From contig CAWGHO010000001.1 of the NCBI GenBank assembly GCA_963822445.1, forward strand, positions 832,001 through 896,000: a stretch of DNA of 64,000 nt, read 5' to 3'. Below the pieces are notes generated by a model that was not told the origin of the DNA, did no database searches, and saw nothing but the letters and a program-made list of their open reading frames with translations. Below, in pieces: positions 1-9,391 of the stretch (its first letter is position 1; every line of letters begins with the position of its first letter). A program made the translations under genes and the position numbers. This stretch comes from an uncultured Acidobacteriota bacterium (GTDB taxonomy: Bacteria > Acidobacteriota > Thermoanaerobaculia > Gp7-AA8).

Positions 1-1
1 C

Positions 2-733
2 GCCCGGGGAATCGGGCGTGCGATCGCCCAGCGCTTCGCGGCGGAGGGCGCCGCGGTCGCAGTCGCGGACGTGGATGCCGAAACGGCGGAGGCGGCCGCG
101 GACGAGATCGGTCCGAAAGCGATCGCCGTTCGCACCGATGTTTCCTCGGAAGAGGACGTGTCCGCCCTCATTGAAACGACAGCGCGTAAGTTCGGCGGCG
201 TCGATGTCATCGTGAACAACGCCGGGATCGATCTCGTCGCCGGCGTCGACGAAACGTCGTATGCCGACTGGCGGCGCATGCTGTCGGTCGACCTCGACGG
301 AGCGTTTCTCTGCATCAAGCACGCGAGGTCGTATCTCGCCCGCAGTCCGCGGGCGGCCGTGGTGAACATCGGATCGATCCATGGACTGCACACGCAGCCC
401 GGGCGCGCCGCTTATGCCGCGGCGAAAGCGGGGCTCGCCGGGATGACCCGGGCCCTGGCGCTCGACCTCGGCCCCGACGGGATCCGGGTGAACACGATCG
501 CGCCGGGGTACATCCGCACGGACATCTGGCACCTCTGGCTCGACGAGCTTCCCGATCCCGAAGCGACGCTCTCGCGAATCGCGAACCAGCATCCCCTGCG
601 GCGGCTCGGCCGTCCTGAAGACATCGCCGGCGCGGTCGCGTTTCTCGCCTCCCTGGATGCCGGTTTCATCACCGGCACCACACTCACCATCGACGGTGGA
701 TTGACGGCGATGTTTCCGCCGCCACCAACCTAA
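2..733 (+). CDS. SDR family NAD(P)-dependent oxidoreductase (5' partial)
   Basis: Frame is open from base 2 (ARGIGRAIAQRF); NNAG motif, YAAAK catalytic motif, GIRVNTIAPG and ITG..L.IDGG tail. Confidence 0.9.
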   Translation, partial: ARGIGRAIAQRFAAEGAAVAVADVDAETAEAAADEIGPKAIAVRTDVSSEEDVSALIETTARKFGGVDVIVNNAGIDLVAGVDETSYADWRRMLSVDLDGAFLCIKHARSYLARSPRAAVVNIGSIHGLHTQPGRAAYAAAKAGLAGMTRALALDLGPDGIRVNTIAPGYIRTDIWHLWLDELPDPEATLSRIANQHPLRRLGRPEDIAGAVAFLASLDAGFITGTTLTIDGGLTAMFPPPPT

Positions 734-743
734 GGAGATCCGC

Positions 744-1667
744 ATCGGTACCGTTCCCACCCGGCTCAGAGAACGACTGGTTTGTCCGACCTGCCATGAC
801 GCACTCGCCGACAGGCCATCGAATCTGTTCTGTGCGCGCTGCGATCACGGGTATGCCGTCGACAGCGGCGTTCCGCTCATGCTCGACAAAGAGAGCCTGG
901 CCAAGCTCTCCTCGACGCGATCGGTGGCCGAGAACGTCCGGCTGCGGCAGCGTCTCGCGAACCGCAAGCTGCTGAACGCGATCATCCGCATCACGCGACC
1001 GCCTCACCCGTTTCTCTTCACGGCCGGACGCCGGAACCGTCAAACGTTCAGCACCCTCGTCGAGCAGGTCGCGAGCGGACAGCCATTCGCAGTCGATATC
1101 GGCAGCGGCATCCTCGGCACTCAGAACACGTCCGGCCTGAGCGACAAGGTCTTCGCCTCGACGGTCGCGATGGAAATCGACCGCACGCCCTTCACCGCGC
1201 TCACCGGCGACGCGCACAAGCTGCCATTCGCTTCCGGATCGATCGACGGCGTCCTGATTCAGGGCGTACTGGAACACGTCGAGGATCCGGTTCGCATAGC
1301 CGGCGAGATTGCCCGCGTGCTCAAGCCGGGCGCGCCGGTCTACGTGGAGATCCCCTTCATCCAGCACTATCATCAGGATCCCGAGGATTACAGGCGCTAC
1401 ACGCTGACCGGGCTTCGCCAGCTGCTGGCCGCGTTCGAGGAAGTGGAGGCCGGCGTATCCGCGGGACCCAGTTCCGCGCTGTGCGACGTACTGACTGAAT
1501 ACGCCGGTGTCTGGTTCGACCATCCGGTGCTCTACTGGGGAGCGAAATGGGTGGTCGGCTGGCTCGTACTACCCATTCGTTATCTCGACCATGTCCTGAG
1601 CCGCCGGAAACGGGCGCATTCGATCGCCGGCGCGCTCTATTTTCTCGGAAGACGCAGGACCGCCTGA
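744..1667 (+). CDS. Class I SAM-dependent methyltransferase with N-terminal Trm112-like Zn-ribbon
   Basis: DIGSG motif I, DAHKLPF, VLEHV..P, RVLKPG. The in-frame upstream extension LVCPTC...LFCARC...Y.V..GVP lies before the ATG at 879. Start placed at ATC 744 behind AAGGAG (uncertain). Confidence 0.75.
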   Translation: MGTVPTRLRERLVCPTCHDALADRPSNLFCARCDHGYAVDSGVPLMLDKESLAKLSSTRSVAENVRLRQRLANRKLLNAIIRITRPPHPFLFTAGRRNRQTFSTLVEQVASGQPFAVDIGSGILGTQNTSGLSDKVFASTVAMEIDRTPFTALTGDAHKLPFASGSIDGVLIQGVLEHVEDPVRIAGEIARVLKPGAPVYVEIPFIQHYHQDPEDYRRYTLTGLRQLLAAFEEVEAGVSAGPSSALCDVLTEYAGVWFDHPVLYWGAKWVVGWLVLPIRYLDHVLSRRKRAHSIAGALYFLGRRRTA

Positions 1668-1675
1668 AGGAACCA

Positions 1676-2671
1676 ATGGACGTATCGCTATCCGACCTAT
1701 CCAATTACAGGGGCTCCCGTGTCCTGATCACCGGCGGCCTCGGATTCATCGGCAGCACCATCGCCCACAAGCTGGTCCAGCTCGGCGCGCGCGTGACCGT
1801 GCTCGACGCGCTGCTGCCCCAGCACGGCGGCAGCGTGAAGAACATGGAGGGCATCGAGTCGAAGGTCGAGGTGGTCGTCGACGACATCCGCAACAGCAAC
1901 GTCGTGCGGCGTGTCGTGACGGACAAGGACGTGATTTTCAATCTCGCCGGTCAGGTCAGCTATACCGAGAGCATGACCGATCCGTATCTCGACCTCGACA
2001 TCAGTTGTCTCGGTCATCTGACCGTGCTCGAAGCCTGCCGCCAGCTGAACCCGCGCGTGCGCATAGTCTTCTCCAGCTCGCGCATGGTTTACAAACGCAA
2101 CCCAGCCCTGCCCGTGACCGTCGATGCGCCTGTCGAGCCGCTCACGATCTACGGCGTGCACAAGCTCACCGGCGAGCACTACCACCGGCTCTACTCGGAG
2201 GTGTACGACATGCCGACGGTGGTCATCCGGGTCACGAATCCATACGGCCCCCGCCAGCGCGTCGAGGGTGGCAAGTACGGGATCGTGAACTGGTTCACCA
2301 CGCTCGCCATGCGTGGAGACCGCCTGCGCATCTTCGGCGATGGAAGCCAGATGCGCGACTACATCTACATCGACGACCTGACCGAGATCTTCCTGCGCGC
2401 GGGTCAGCTCACGCACCCGAAGGGGCAGATCTACAACGGTGGCTCGGGAACCGGCACCTCGTTCCGGACGATGGTCGAGTCGATCGTCACCGCGGTCGGC
2501 GCCGGGGAAATCCAGACGGTCGACTGGCCTGAGAACTATTCGCGGTTTGAGACGGGCGACTTCGTTGCGGACATCTCCCGAACCGTCGACGCACTGGGAT
2601 ATAAACCGACGACGTCGCTGGACGACGGGCTGGCCAGAACGGTCGCGTTTTATCGCGAGACGGGACTATGA
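1676..2671 (+). CDS. NAD-dependent epimerase/dehydratase (nucleotide-sugar)
   Basis: VLITGGLGFIG, YGVHK, NPYGPRQ, IFGDGSQMRDYIYIDD. Confidence 0.9.
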   Translation: MDVSLSDLSNYRGSRVLITGGLGFIGSTIAHKLVQLGARVTVLDALLPQHGGSVKNMEGIESKVEVVVDDIRNSNVVRRVVTDKDVIFNLAGQVSYTESMTDPYLDLDISCLGHLTVLEACRQLNPRVRIVFSSSRMVYKRNPALPVTVDAPVEPLTIYGVHKLTGEHYHRLYSEVYDMPTVVIRVTNPYGPRQRVEGGKYGIVNWFTTLAMRGDRLRIFGDGSQMRDYIYIDDLTEIFLRAGQLTHPKGQIYNGGSGTGTSFRTMVESIVTAVGAGEIQTVDWPENYSRFETGDFVADISRTVDALGYKPTTSLDDGLARTVAFYRETGL

Positions 2672-2672
2672 G

Positions 2673-3293
2673 ATGAGCACCTCTTTATTCGACTTCGACA
2701 AAGCTCAGTTCCTGACGGCGTCGTCGCGGGCGCACGAGCTGCTCATCCTCAGCGAGATCGGCCGCAACGGTTTCGCGGTGCCCGCCCGAACCTCGTTCCG
2801 TTCGCTCAGCGACATGATGGTTCAGGCCTATCTCCTCGAGCTGACCGAACAGAAGCAGATCGAAAAGCAGCGGGAGGGTAACGACACCGTCCTCCGGCTC
2901 ACCGCCGCGGGGCAGGACCGCCTGCGGTATCTGATGGTCGATTACGTCCAGGAATTGCTCTCGCTGTACGGGAAGGCGCGGGACTTCTTCCGCACCCGCC
3001 TCGCCGACTACTACCTGCAGGGCGTTCGCACCGTTGCGCTCTATCCGACGGGCGAAACGGCGGAAGTCATCTACGACGCGATGACCGACTCGGGACTGAA
3101 ACTGGTCGCCGCGATCGACGACGATCCGATGCGCTGGGACACGCGCTTTCACGACGTGACGATCAGTCCTCCCGATCGCCTCCGGCAGCTCGACGTCAAT
3201 GGCGTCATCGTCTCGACCTGCGTGTTCTCGAACGAAGTCACCGAGCGGATCCGGGGCATGAATCTTCCTGACGTCCGGATCCTCACCATCTGA
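2673..3293 (+). CDS. Winged-helix protein with C-terminal Rossmann-like domain (polysaccharide-locus regulator-like)
   Basis: wHTH-like N-half (LLILSEI...LRLTAAG) and C-half VALYPTGETAE...AAIDD...VIVST. Confidence 0.6.
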   Translation: MSTSLFDFDKAQFLTASSRAHELLILSEIGRNGFAVPARTSFRSLSDMMVQAYLLELTEQKQIEKQREGNDTVLRLTAAGQDRLRYLMVDYVQELLSLYGKARDFFRTRLADYYLQGVRTVALYPTGETAEVIYDAMTDSGLKLVAAIDDDPMRWDTRFHDVTISPPDRLRQLDVNGVIVSTCVFSNEVTERIRGMNLPDVRILTI

Positions 3294-3295
3294 CC

Positions 3296-3958
3296 ATGAA
3301 CGCAGCCATCATCGGCGCCGGGCAGAACGGCGGACAGGTCTTCAACATCCTCAAGCTCGACAAGAGCGTGAATGTGGTCGCATTTCTCGACGACAACCGC
3401 GAGAAGCACGGCACGGAGAAATACGGGCGGCCGATCGCGGGCGCCCTCGCCGACATCGAGGAGATCGCGCAGCGGCTGGGGATCACAGCGGCCATTCCCG
3501 CCGTCGGCAACAATCGGTTCCGAGCGTCGATCGCGAAGCGGCTTCGCCAGGCGAATCTGGAGATCCTCCGCGCGATCCATCCGTACACATTCATCGAAGA
3601 AACGGCCACGATCGCCGAGGGCGCCATCATCGAGATGGGAGTGTTGATTCACCCGGAAGCGCGGATCGGACGGTCGGCATTCATCGGCGGCTCTTCGGTC
3701 ATCGCCCACGACTGCACCATCGAAGACTTCGTGCTGATCGGCGGCGGCGTCGTGTTCGGCGGCAATGTCACGATCGGAGCCTTCTCCACCATCGGCGTCG
3801 GGACGATTCTCCAACCGCAGGTGCGCGTCGGCCGCAACGTCACCACCGGCATCGGCGCCGTCGTGGTCAAGGATCTTCCCGACAATGCGGTCGCCGTCGG
3901 CGTGCCGGCGAAGATCATCCGTTACAACGAACCGCTCGAGGAGAGTCAGCTTGCCTAA
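3296..3958 (+). CDS. NeuD/PglD/VioB-family sugar acyltransferase (hexapeptide repeat)
   Basis: IIGAG.NG Rossmann-like start, AVGNNRFR, IHP, left-handed beta-helix repeats, AHD, VGVPAK. Confidence 0.9.
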   Translation: MNAAIIGAGQNGGQVFNILKLDKSVNVVAFLDDNREKHGTEKYGRPIAGALADIEEIAQRLGITAAIPAVGNNRFRASIAKRLRQANLEILRAIHPYTFIEETATIAEGAIIEMGVLIHPEARIGRSAFIGGSSVIAHDCTIEDFVLIGGGVVFGGNVTIGAFSTIGVGTILQPQVRVGRNVTTGIGAVVVKDLPDNAVAVGVPAKIIRYNEPLEESQLA

Positions 3959-5479
3959 ATTCCTCACGGCCGCGGAGGCGGTGAGCCTCGTGCAGGACGG
4001 CCAGACCCTGGCCACGTCGGGATTCCGTTTCGCCGCCTCGCCCGAGGAGCTGTTCCTCGAGCTGGGACGCCGCTACGTGGAGTTCGAGCATCCCCGGGAC
4101 CTGACCGTGGTCTTCTCCAGCGCCCAGGGGGACGACGAGAGCCGCGGGCTGGATCACCTGGCGCGGGCAGGCATGATCAAGCGTGTCATCGGCGGCTTCT
4201 TCGGCGTCACGCCGAAGCTGAACGCCCTCGTGACGTCTGATGCGATCGAGGCCTACAACCTGCCGCAGGGGCAGCTGACGCGCCTTTATCACGCCATCGC
4301 CACCCGCCAGCCGGGCCTCATCACCCGCGTCGGTCTCGGCACGTTCCTCGATCCACGGCTCGAAGGCGCGCGGCTCAACAAGCGCACCACCGAGGAATTG
4401 ATCGAGGTCGTCGAATTCGCGGGACGCGAGTACCTGATGTACCGCACGTTCCCGATTCACGTGGCCATCATCCGCGCGACGACCGCCGACGAGAAAGGCA
4501 ACCTCAGTTGTGAGAACGAGGCGGTGAAGCTCGAGGCGCTGCCGCTGGCGTGCGCTGCCCGGGCGTCCGGTGGAATCGTGATTGCGCAGGTCGAACGGCT
4601 GACCGCGCGGCATACGCTGCATCCCAGGCTGGTCGAGGTGCCTGGCTACATGGTCGACATCGTGGTCGTCGCGTCGAACGTGACCGACAATCACCGCCAG
4701 ACGCTGCAACATGTCTTCACACCGGAGTACTCGGGGCATGTGCGCGCGCCGATCTCGGCGATGAAGCCGATGTCGCAGGGACCGCGGCGCATCATCGCCA
4801 CGCGCTGCGTCGACGAAATCAACCCGGATGACGTCGTGAACCTCGGATCGGGCATGCCCGAGGGCATCGGCCTGATCCTCGCCGAGCGGGGGCTCTCCGA
4901 TTCCGTCTACCTGACGCTCGAATCGGGTGTGAGCGGCGGCGTGCCGGCAACGCAACCCGATTTCGGCGTGGCGACGAATCCCGATGCCATCATCCGGCAC
5001 GACGATCAGTTCTGCTTCTTCAACTCCGGCGGCATCGACGTCGCGTTCCTCGGCTTCGCGCAGGTCGACGGCACCGGCAGTGTGAATGTCAGCAAGTTCA
5101 ACGGCCAGGTCGTCGGCTGCGGCGGCTTCGTCGACATCGCCCAGAATGCGAAGAAAGTGATCTTCTGCGGCACGTTCAACTCCGGGGGCTCGACGTCCGC
5201 TGCGATGAGTCGGGCCTGAAGATCTTGAAAAACGGCCGCCACCAGAAATTCATCGCCGGCGTCGAGCAGGTGACGTTCAGCGGCGACTACGCGCGGGACA
5301 ACAATCAGCGGGTGCTCTACGTGACCGAGCGTTGCGTGTTCGAGCTGACCGCGAACGGACTGACCCTGACCGAGGTTGCACCGGGAATCGACGTCAAACG
5401 CGACGTCCTCGACCTCATGGAATTCAGGCCCGAGGTCGCCGAGCCTGTGCTGACCATGCACGCTGGCTGCTTCAAATGA
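3951..5479 (+). CDS. Acyl-CoA:acetate/3-ketoacid CoA-transferase (YdiF/Pct type); one frameshift near 5185-5190
   Basis: TTG start; EAYNLPQG, VGLGTFLDPR, VNLGSGMP, ESG, GCGGFVDI. Continues in another frame (DVRCDESGLKILKNG...YVTERCVF) after a GGGGG run. Confidence 0.85.
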
Positions 5480-6225
5480 GCGACAAGCGCGTCGCATTGA
5501 TCACCGGCGGGAACCGCGGCATCGGAAAGGCGTGCGCATACGGCCTCGCGCTCGACGGCTTCGACATCGCCATCAGTTACGCGCGGCACGCGGATGATGC
5601 GCGCGAATTCGTGGGCGAGCTCGCGTCCCGAAACGTGCAGGCGCGTGCATACCAGGCGGAGCTCAGCGCCGGCGATACGGCCGCCGGCCTGATCGAACGG
5701 GTGCTGGCCGACTTCGGTCGCCTCGATGTTCTCGTCAACAATGCCGGCCTCGCGCCAGTGAAACCGATCGACGAGATCACGATCGAGGAATGGGACGAAG
5801 TCCTCGATGTGAATCTTCGCGCTGCATTCTTCTGCGCGCAGCGGGCGTTCGTGCACATGCGTGACAGCGGCCGCGGCGGAAGACTGATCTTCATGAGCTC
5901 CCAGGCCGGACAGGCCGGCGGGGTCTTCGTAGGCGCGCATTACGTCGCCTCCAAAGCGGCGCTGATCGGAATCACCAAATCGTTCGCCAAAGCCGGCGCA
6001 GCCCACAACGTGCTGGCCAACTGTGTCGCCCCCGGCCAGATCGATACACCGCTCACCGGTGCCTTCCCTCGCGACCGCGTCGAGCAACTCACCCAAGCGA
6101 TTCCCCTCGGCCGCATGGGATCGGCCGATGAAGTGGCGGCCGCGGTCCGCTTCCTCGCTTCGGAAGCTTCGTCGTACATCACCGGAGCGACGATCCCCGT
6201 GAATGGCGGGCTGCTGATGCCATGA
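5476..6225 (+). CDS. FabG-like SDR (3-oxoacyl reductase family)
   Basis: ITGGNRGIG, NNAG, YVASK, ITGATIPVNGG. Confidence 0.9.
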   Translation: MSDKRVALITGGNRGIGKACAYGLALDGFDIAISYARHADDAREFVGELASRNVQARAYQAELSAGDTAAGLIERVLADFGRLDVLVNNAGLAPVKPIDEITIEEWDEVLDVNLRAAFFCAQRAFVHMRDSGRGGRLIFMSSQAGQAGGVFVGAHYVASKAALIGITKSFAKAGAAHNVLANCVAPGQIDTPLTGAFPRDRVEQLTQAIPLGRMGSADEVAAAVRFLASEASSYITGATIPVNGGLLMP

Positions 6226-8351
6226 CCGCGGACCGCATCGAGGCATCGAGCGGCTCGATCGCGGTTGATCGGCAAAGTGGCCAACTGATTTTCCATTCGC
6301 TGCATCTGCCGGCACCGCTCAAGTCCCGCGTCGGTTTCACGACCACGCGCGGACCGTTTGCTTCGAATGGCGGAGAGGTGCGGTGTACAACCGATCGGAG
6401 TGGCATTTTCCCGGGCGGGACGGTGCTCCACTGCGAACAGGGTCAGCTGCTCTGGAACCTTCACACCGACGGGCGCGGATTCGCCATCGAGGCCGGCGCG
6501 CGCGACGTCGCCGACGCGATCACGCGCTTCACGCTTTTTGACGGTGAGTCGCCGCAATTGTCGTCGATGCTGGTCGTCGCGTATTGCGGTGCGCACTCCC
6601 GGAGTCGCTTGAGCGCGAGCAAAGTCGTCGACCTCGACGAGTCGACGGACGAGCGGAGCTGGTGGTGCAGCGCGTTCGCGGACGGCAGCGGCCGAGGAAT
6701 GGTGCTCGGATTCCTCTCGGCGATGAGGTTTACGGGCGCAATCGACGTCGAGCGCGGCGTCTGCCGTGCCTACAACTTCGCGGAAAATGTCCGCGGTTCC
6801 GAAGTGTGGTCCGAGCCGCTGTTCGTCGGCTTCACGAACGACGTTGCCGAAGAGCTTCGGACGTATGCCGGCCAGGCCGCGCGCATGACCGGCGCGCCGC
6901 CACCGAAGCCGCCTGTCTCGGGTTGGGCGTCATGGCTTCACTACGGCGCGGACTTCGACGAGCGGACCGTCCTCGAGAATGCGGACGAGCTGGCCCGCTG
7001 GTTCGAGGGCTCGCCGCAACGGCCGGTCGTGCACATCGATCACGGCTGGGAAAAGCGGGTCCGCCTGCATCGGCCCGATCTGAACTGGGAGCCGCGACCC
7101 GATTTCACGCGCGACCTGCCTGGTCTCGTAGCCGGGATCGCGGCGAAGAATCTTCGCACCGGCTTGTGGGTGGTGCCGTTCGCAATCAACGTCGGCGCCG
7201 CCGGCGCGGAAAGATTGCTCGATCTCGTGGTGCGCGACGCGAGCGGCAATCCAAAGCTCGTGGGCGCGGGTCAGAACTACTGCATCGATCCCACCCACCC
7301 CGCCGGCGAGCGCTGGCTGCGGGAGCTCTTTCACCGCTTTCGCTCCTGGGGCGTGTCGTACTTCAAGCTCGAGTATCTGCGCCTGCTTCTGGCGCCGGAG
7401 CCGCTCGACGCCGAGGACGGTCTCGATTCGATTCGCGTCTACGCGCGCGCGAAAACGCGGGCCGAGGCGTATCGATACGGGCTCGAAGTCATCCGCGATG
7501 TCGTCGGGCCAGACACGTACCTCCTCGGCTGCGGCGCCCCTGCCCTGCCGAGCGCGGGCCTGGTCGACAGCCACCGCATCGGAGGCGACATCGAGCGCTG
7601 GTGGTCGAAGGACGAAGGAACGGGAGTCCGCCACAGCGCCCGAAACGCCGCGGCAAACGTGTTCTGGAATGGACGCACCTGGCGTAACGACCCCGACGTT
7701 CTGGCGGCGTTCGACGAGCCCAATCTCCAGCGATTCTGGACGACGACGGTCGCGCTCAGCGGCGGCACGGCCATGGTCAGCGCATCGCTCAGACAACTCA
7801 CTCCCATGCAACACGCCGCGATCCGCGGAGCCATGCCGTCGCTCGGGATAGCCGCTGTTCCGCGCGGCAACGACACCTGGCATCTAGCGCTGCCGGCGCA
7901 TCACCTGCTCGCGTTCTTCAACTCATCTGACGACGCGCGCGAGTTCATGGCGGACATCACTGATCTCGGCGAGCTGGCCTGGGACTTCTGGAACGACCGG
8001 CCCGCGGAAGTGCGCGGCAACGCGCTTCACATTCAGTTGCCACCGCGCGACGCGGCGTTGATCGGCATCCGCAGGCGTCTCTCTCAACCGCAGCTCTGCG
8101 GCTCGACGCTCCACTACGGCATGGGCGCCCTGGACATCGCCGCGTCGATGTGGGATCGGGACAGGCGGCAGCTGACCACGACATTGACAGAGCCGCGACG
8201 CAACGGCAGTCTGGCGTTTCACGTGCCGCCGCCGTTCCGTCTGCTCCGTGCATCGATCGCGGCCGCGGAGGTTGGGGCGGAGATGTTCCGGGTGACGGTC
8301 GATGAGCGGACCGCACGTACGATCGAAATGGAGTTCGCAGAAGAGCCATGA
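6222..8351 (+). CDS. Glycoside hydrolase family 36-like (alpha-galactosidase-like) protein
   Basis: GWASW, IDHGW, GLWVVPF, IDPTHP, YFKLEY (canonical FKLDF), LLGCGAP, RIGGD, WRNDPD. Confidence 0.75.
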   Translation: MTADRIEASSGSIAVDRQSGQLIFHSLHLPAPLKSRVGFTTTRGPFASNGGEVRCTTDRSGIFPGGTVLHCEQGQLLWNLHTDGRGFAIEAGARDVADAITRFTLFDGESPQLSSMLVVAYCGAHSRSRLSASKVVDLDESTDERSWWCSAFADGSGRGMVLGFLSAMRFTGAIDVERGVCRAYNFAENVRGSEVWSEPLFVGFTNDVAEELRTYAGQAARMTGAPPPKPPVSGWASWLHYGADFDERTVLENADELARWFEGSPQRPVVHIDHGWEKRVRLHRPDLNWEPRPDFTRDLPGLVAGIAAKNLRTGLWVVPFAINVGAAGAERLLDLVVRDASGNPKLVGAGQNYCIDPTHPAGERWLRELFHRFRSWGVSYFKLEYLRLLLAPEPLDAEDGLDSIRVYARAKTRAEAYRYGLEVIRDVVGPDTYLLGCGAPALPSAGLVDSHRIGGDIERWWSKDEGTGVRHSARNAAANVFWNGRTWRNDPDVLAAFDEPNLQRFWTTTVALSGGTAMVSASLRQLTPMQHAAIRGAMPSLGIAAVPRGNDTWHLALPAHHLLAFFNSSDDAREFMADITDLGELAWDFWNDRPAEVRGNALHIQLPPRDAALIGIRRRLSQPQLCGSTLHYGMGALDIAASMWDRDRRQLTTTLTEPRRNGSLAFHVPPPFRLLRASIAAAEVGAEMFRVTVDERTARTIEMEFAEEP

Positions 8352-9391
8352 AAGCGCTGGTCAAGGTCAAGCCGGGATCCGGCAACCTCGTGCTGCAGGA
8401 GATGCCGGTTCCAACGCCGTCCGCGCGGGACGTGGTGATCCGCGTGCGGGCCGTCGGCGTGTGCGGCACGGACGTTCACATCCTTCACGGCAACTATCGG
8501 ACGTCCACGCCGATCATCATCGGCCACGAGTTTTCCGGGGAGATCGCCGAAGTGGGCGCCGAAGTCACGGCCTGGAAGGCGGGAGATCGGGTCGTCGTCG
8601 AGAACACCGCCGGGGCCTGCGGCACGTGCAAGCTGTGCCGCACCGGCAATCCGCACATCTGCTCGTCGAAGCTCGCATACGGCACCGATTCGCATGGGGC
8701 CATGGCCGAATACGCGATGTTTCATCAGGACGCGCTGCACCGCATTCCCGACAGCGTCACCTTCGAGGACGCCGCACTGACCGAGCCGCTGGTCGTCGTG
8801 AATCACGCCCTCCTCGAGCGCGCCACGATTCCCCCGTCGTCGACCGTCGTCGTCCTCGGCGCCGGCACGATCGGGCTGATGTCGGTCCAGGTCGCAAAAT
8901 CGATCGGCGTCGGACATGTGATCCTGGCCGGCACGTCGAAAGATGCCGGCCGGCTCGCGCTCGGGCGGGAGCTCGGTGCCGACACGATCGTCAATGTCGA
9001 ACAGGACGATCTACGGCAGGTCGTGAATCGACTCACCGCGAACAACGGCGCGGACGTCGTGATCGAAGCGTCCGGTTCGCCGAAGGCTTCCGCGGAGAGC
9101 ATCCATCTCGTCGCTCGCGCCGGACAGGTCATCGTCATCGGACTGACCGGCGCGCCTGTGAGCATCGACTGGGACCTGGCCGTCTTCAAGGAGATCGACA
9201 TCCGCTTCTCCAAGAGTTCCACCTACATGAGCTGGGTGCGCGCGTTGCGGATGATCGCGTCCGGCGACGTGAAGACGGCGCCGCTGATCACCCATCGCTT
9301 CCCGCTCGACCAATGGCGCGAGGCGCTGCGCGTGGTCGAGAGCGGTGAAGCGGTCAAAGCACTGGTTTTCCCTGATGGAGGAACGACGTGA
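8348..9391 (+). CDS. Zinc-dependent (sugar/polyol) dehydrogenase, MDR family
   Basis: GVCGTD, GHEFSG, CGTCKLC...C, GAGTIG. Confidence 0.9.
   Translation: MKALVKVKPGSGNLVLQEMPVPTPSARDVVIRVRAVGVCGTDVHILHGNYRTSTPIIIGHEFSGEIAEVGAEVTAWKAGDRVVVENTAGACGTCKLCRTGNPHICSSKLAYGTDSHGAMAEYAMFHQDALHRIPDSVTFEDAALTEPLVVVNHALLERATIPPSSTVVVLGAGTIGLMSVQVAKSIGVGHVILAGTSKDAGRLALGRELGADTIVNVEQDDLRQVVNRLTANNGADVVIEASGSPKASAESIHLVARAGQVIVIGLTGAPVSIDWDLAVFKEIDIRFSKSSTYMSWVRALRMIASGDVKTAPLITHRFPLDQWREALRVVESGEAVKALVFPDGGTT

Noticed and set aside
5180-5225. Split CoA-transferase or programmed frameshift
   Set aside because: The shift is at a G5 homopolymer; adding one base restores a continuous YdiF-like protein
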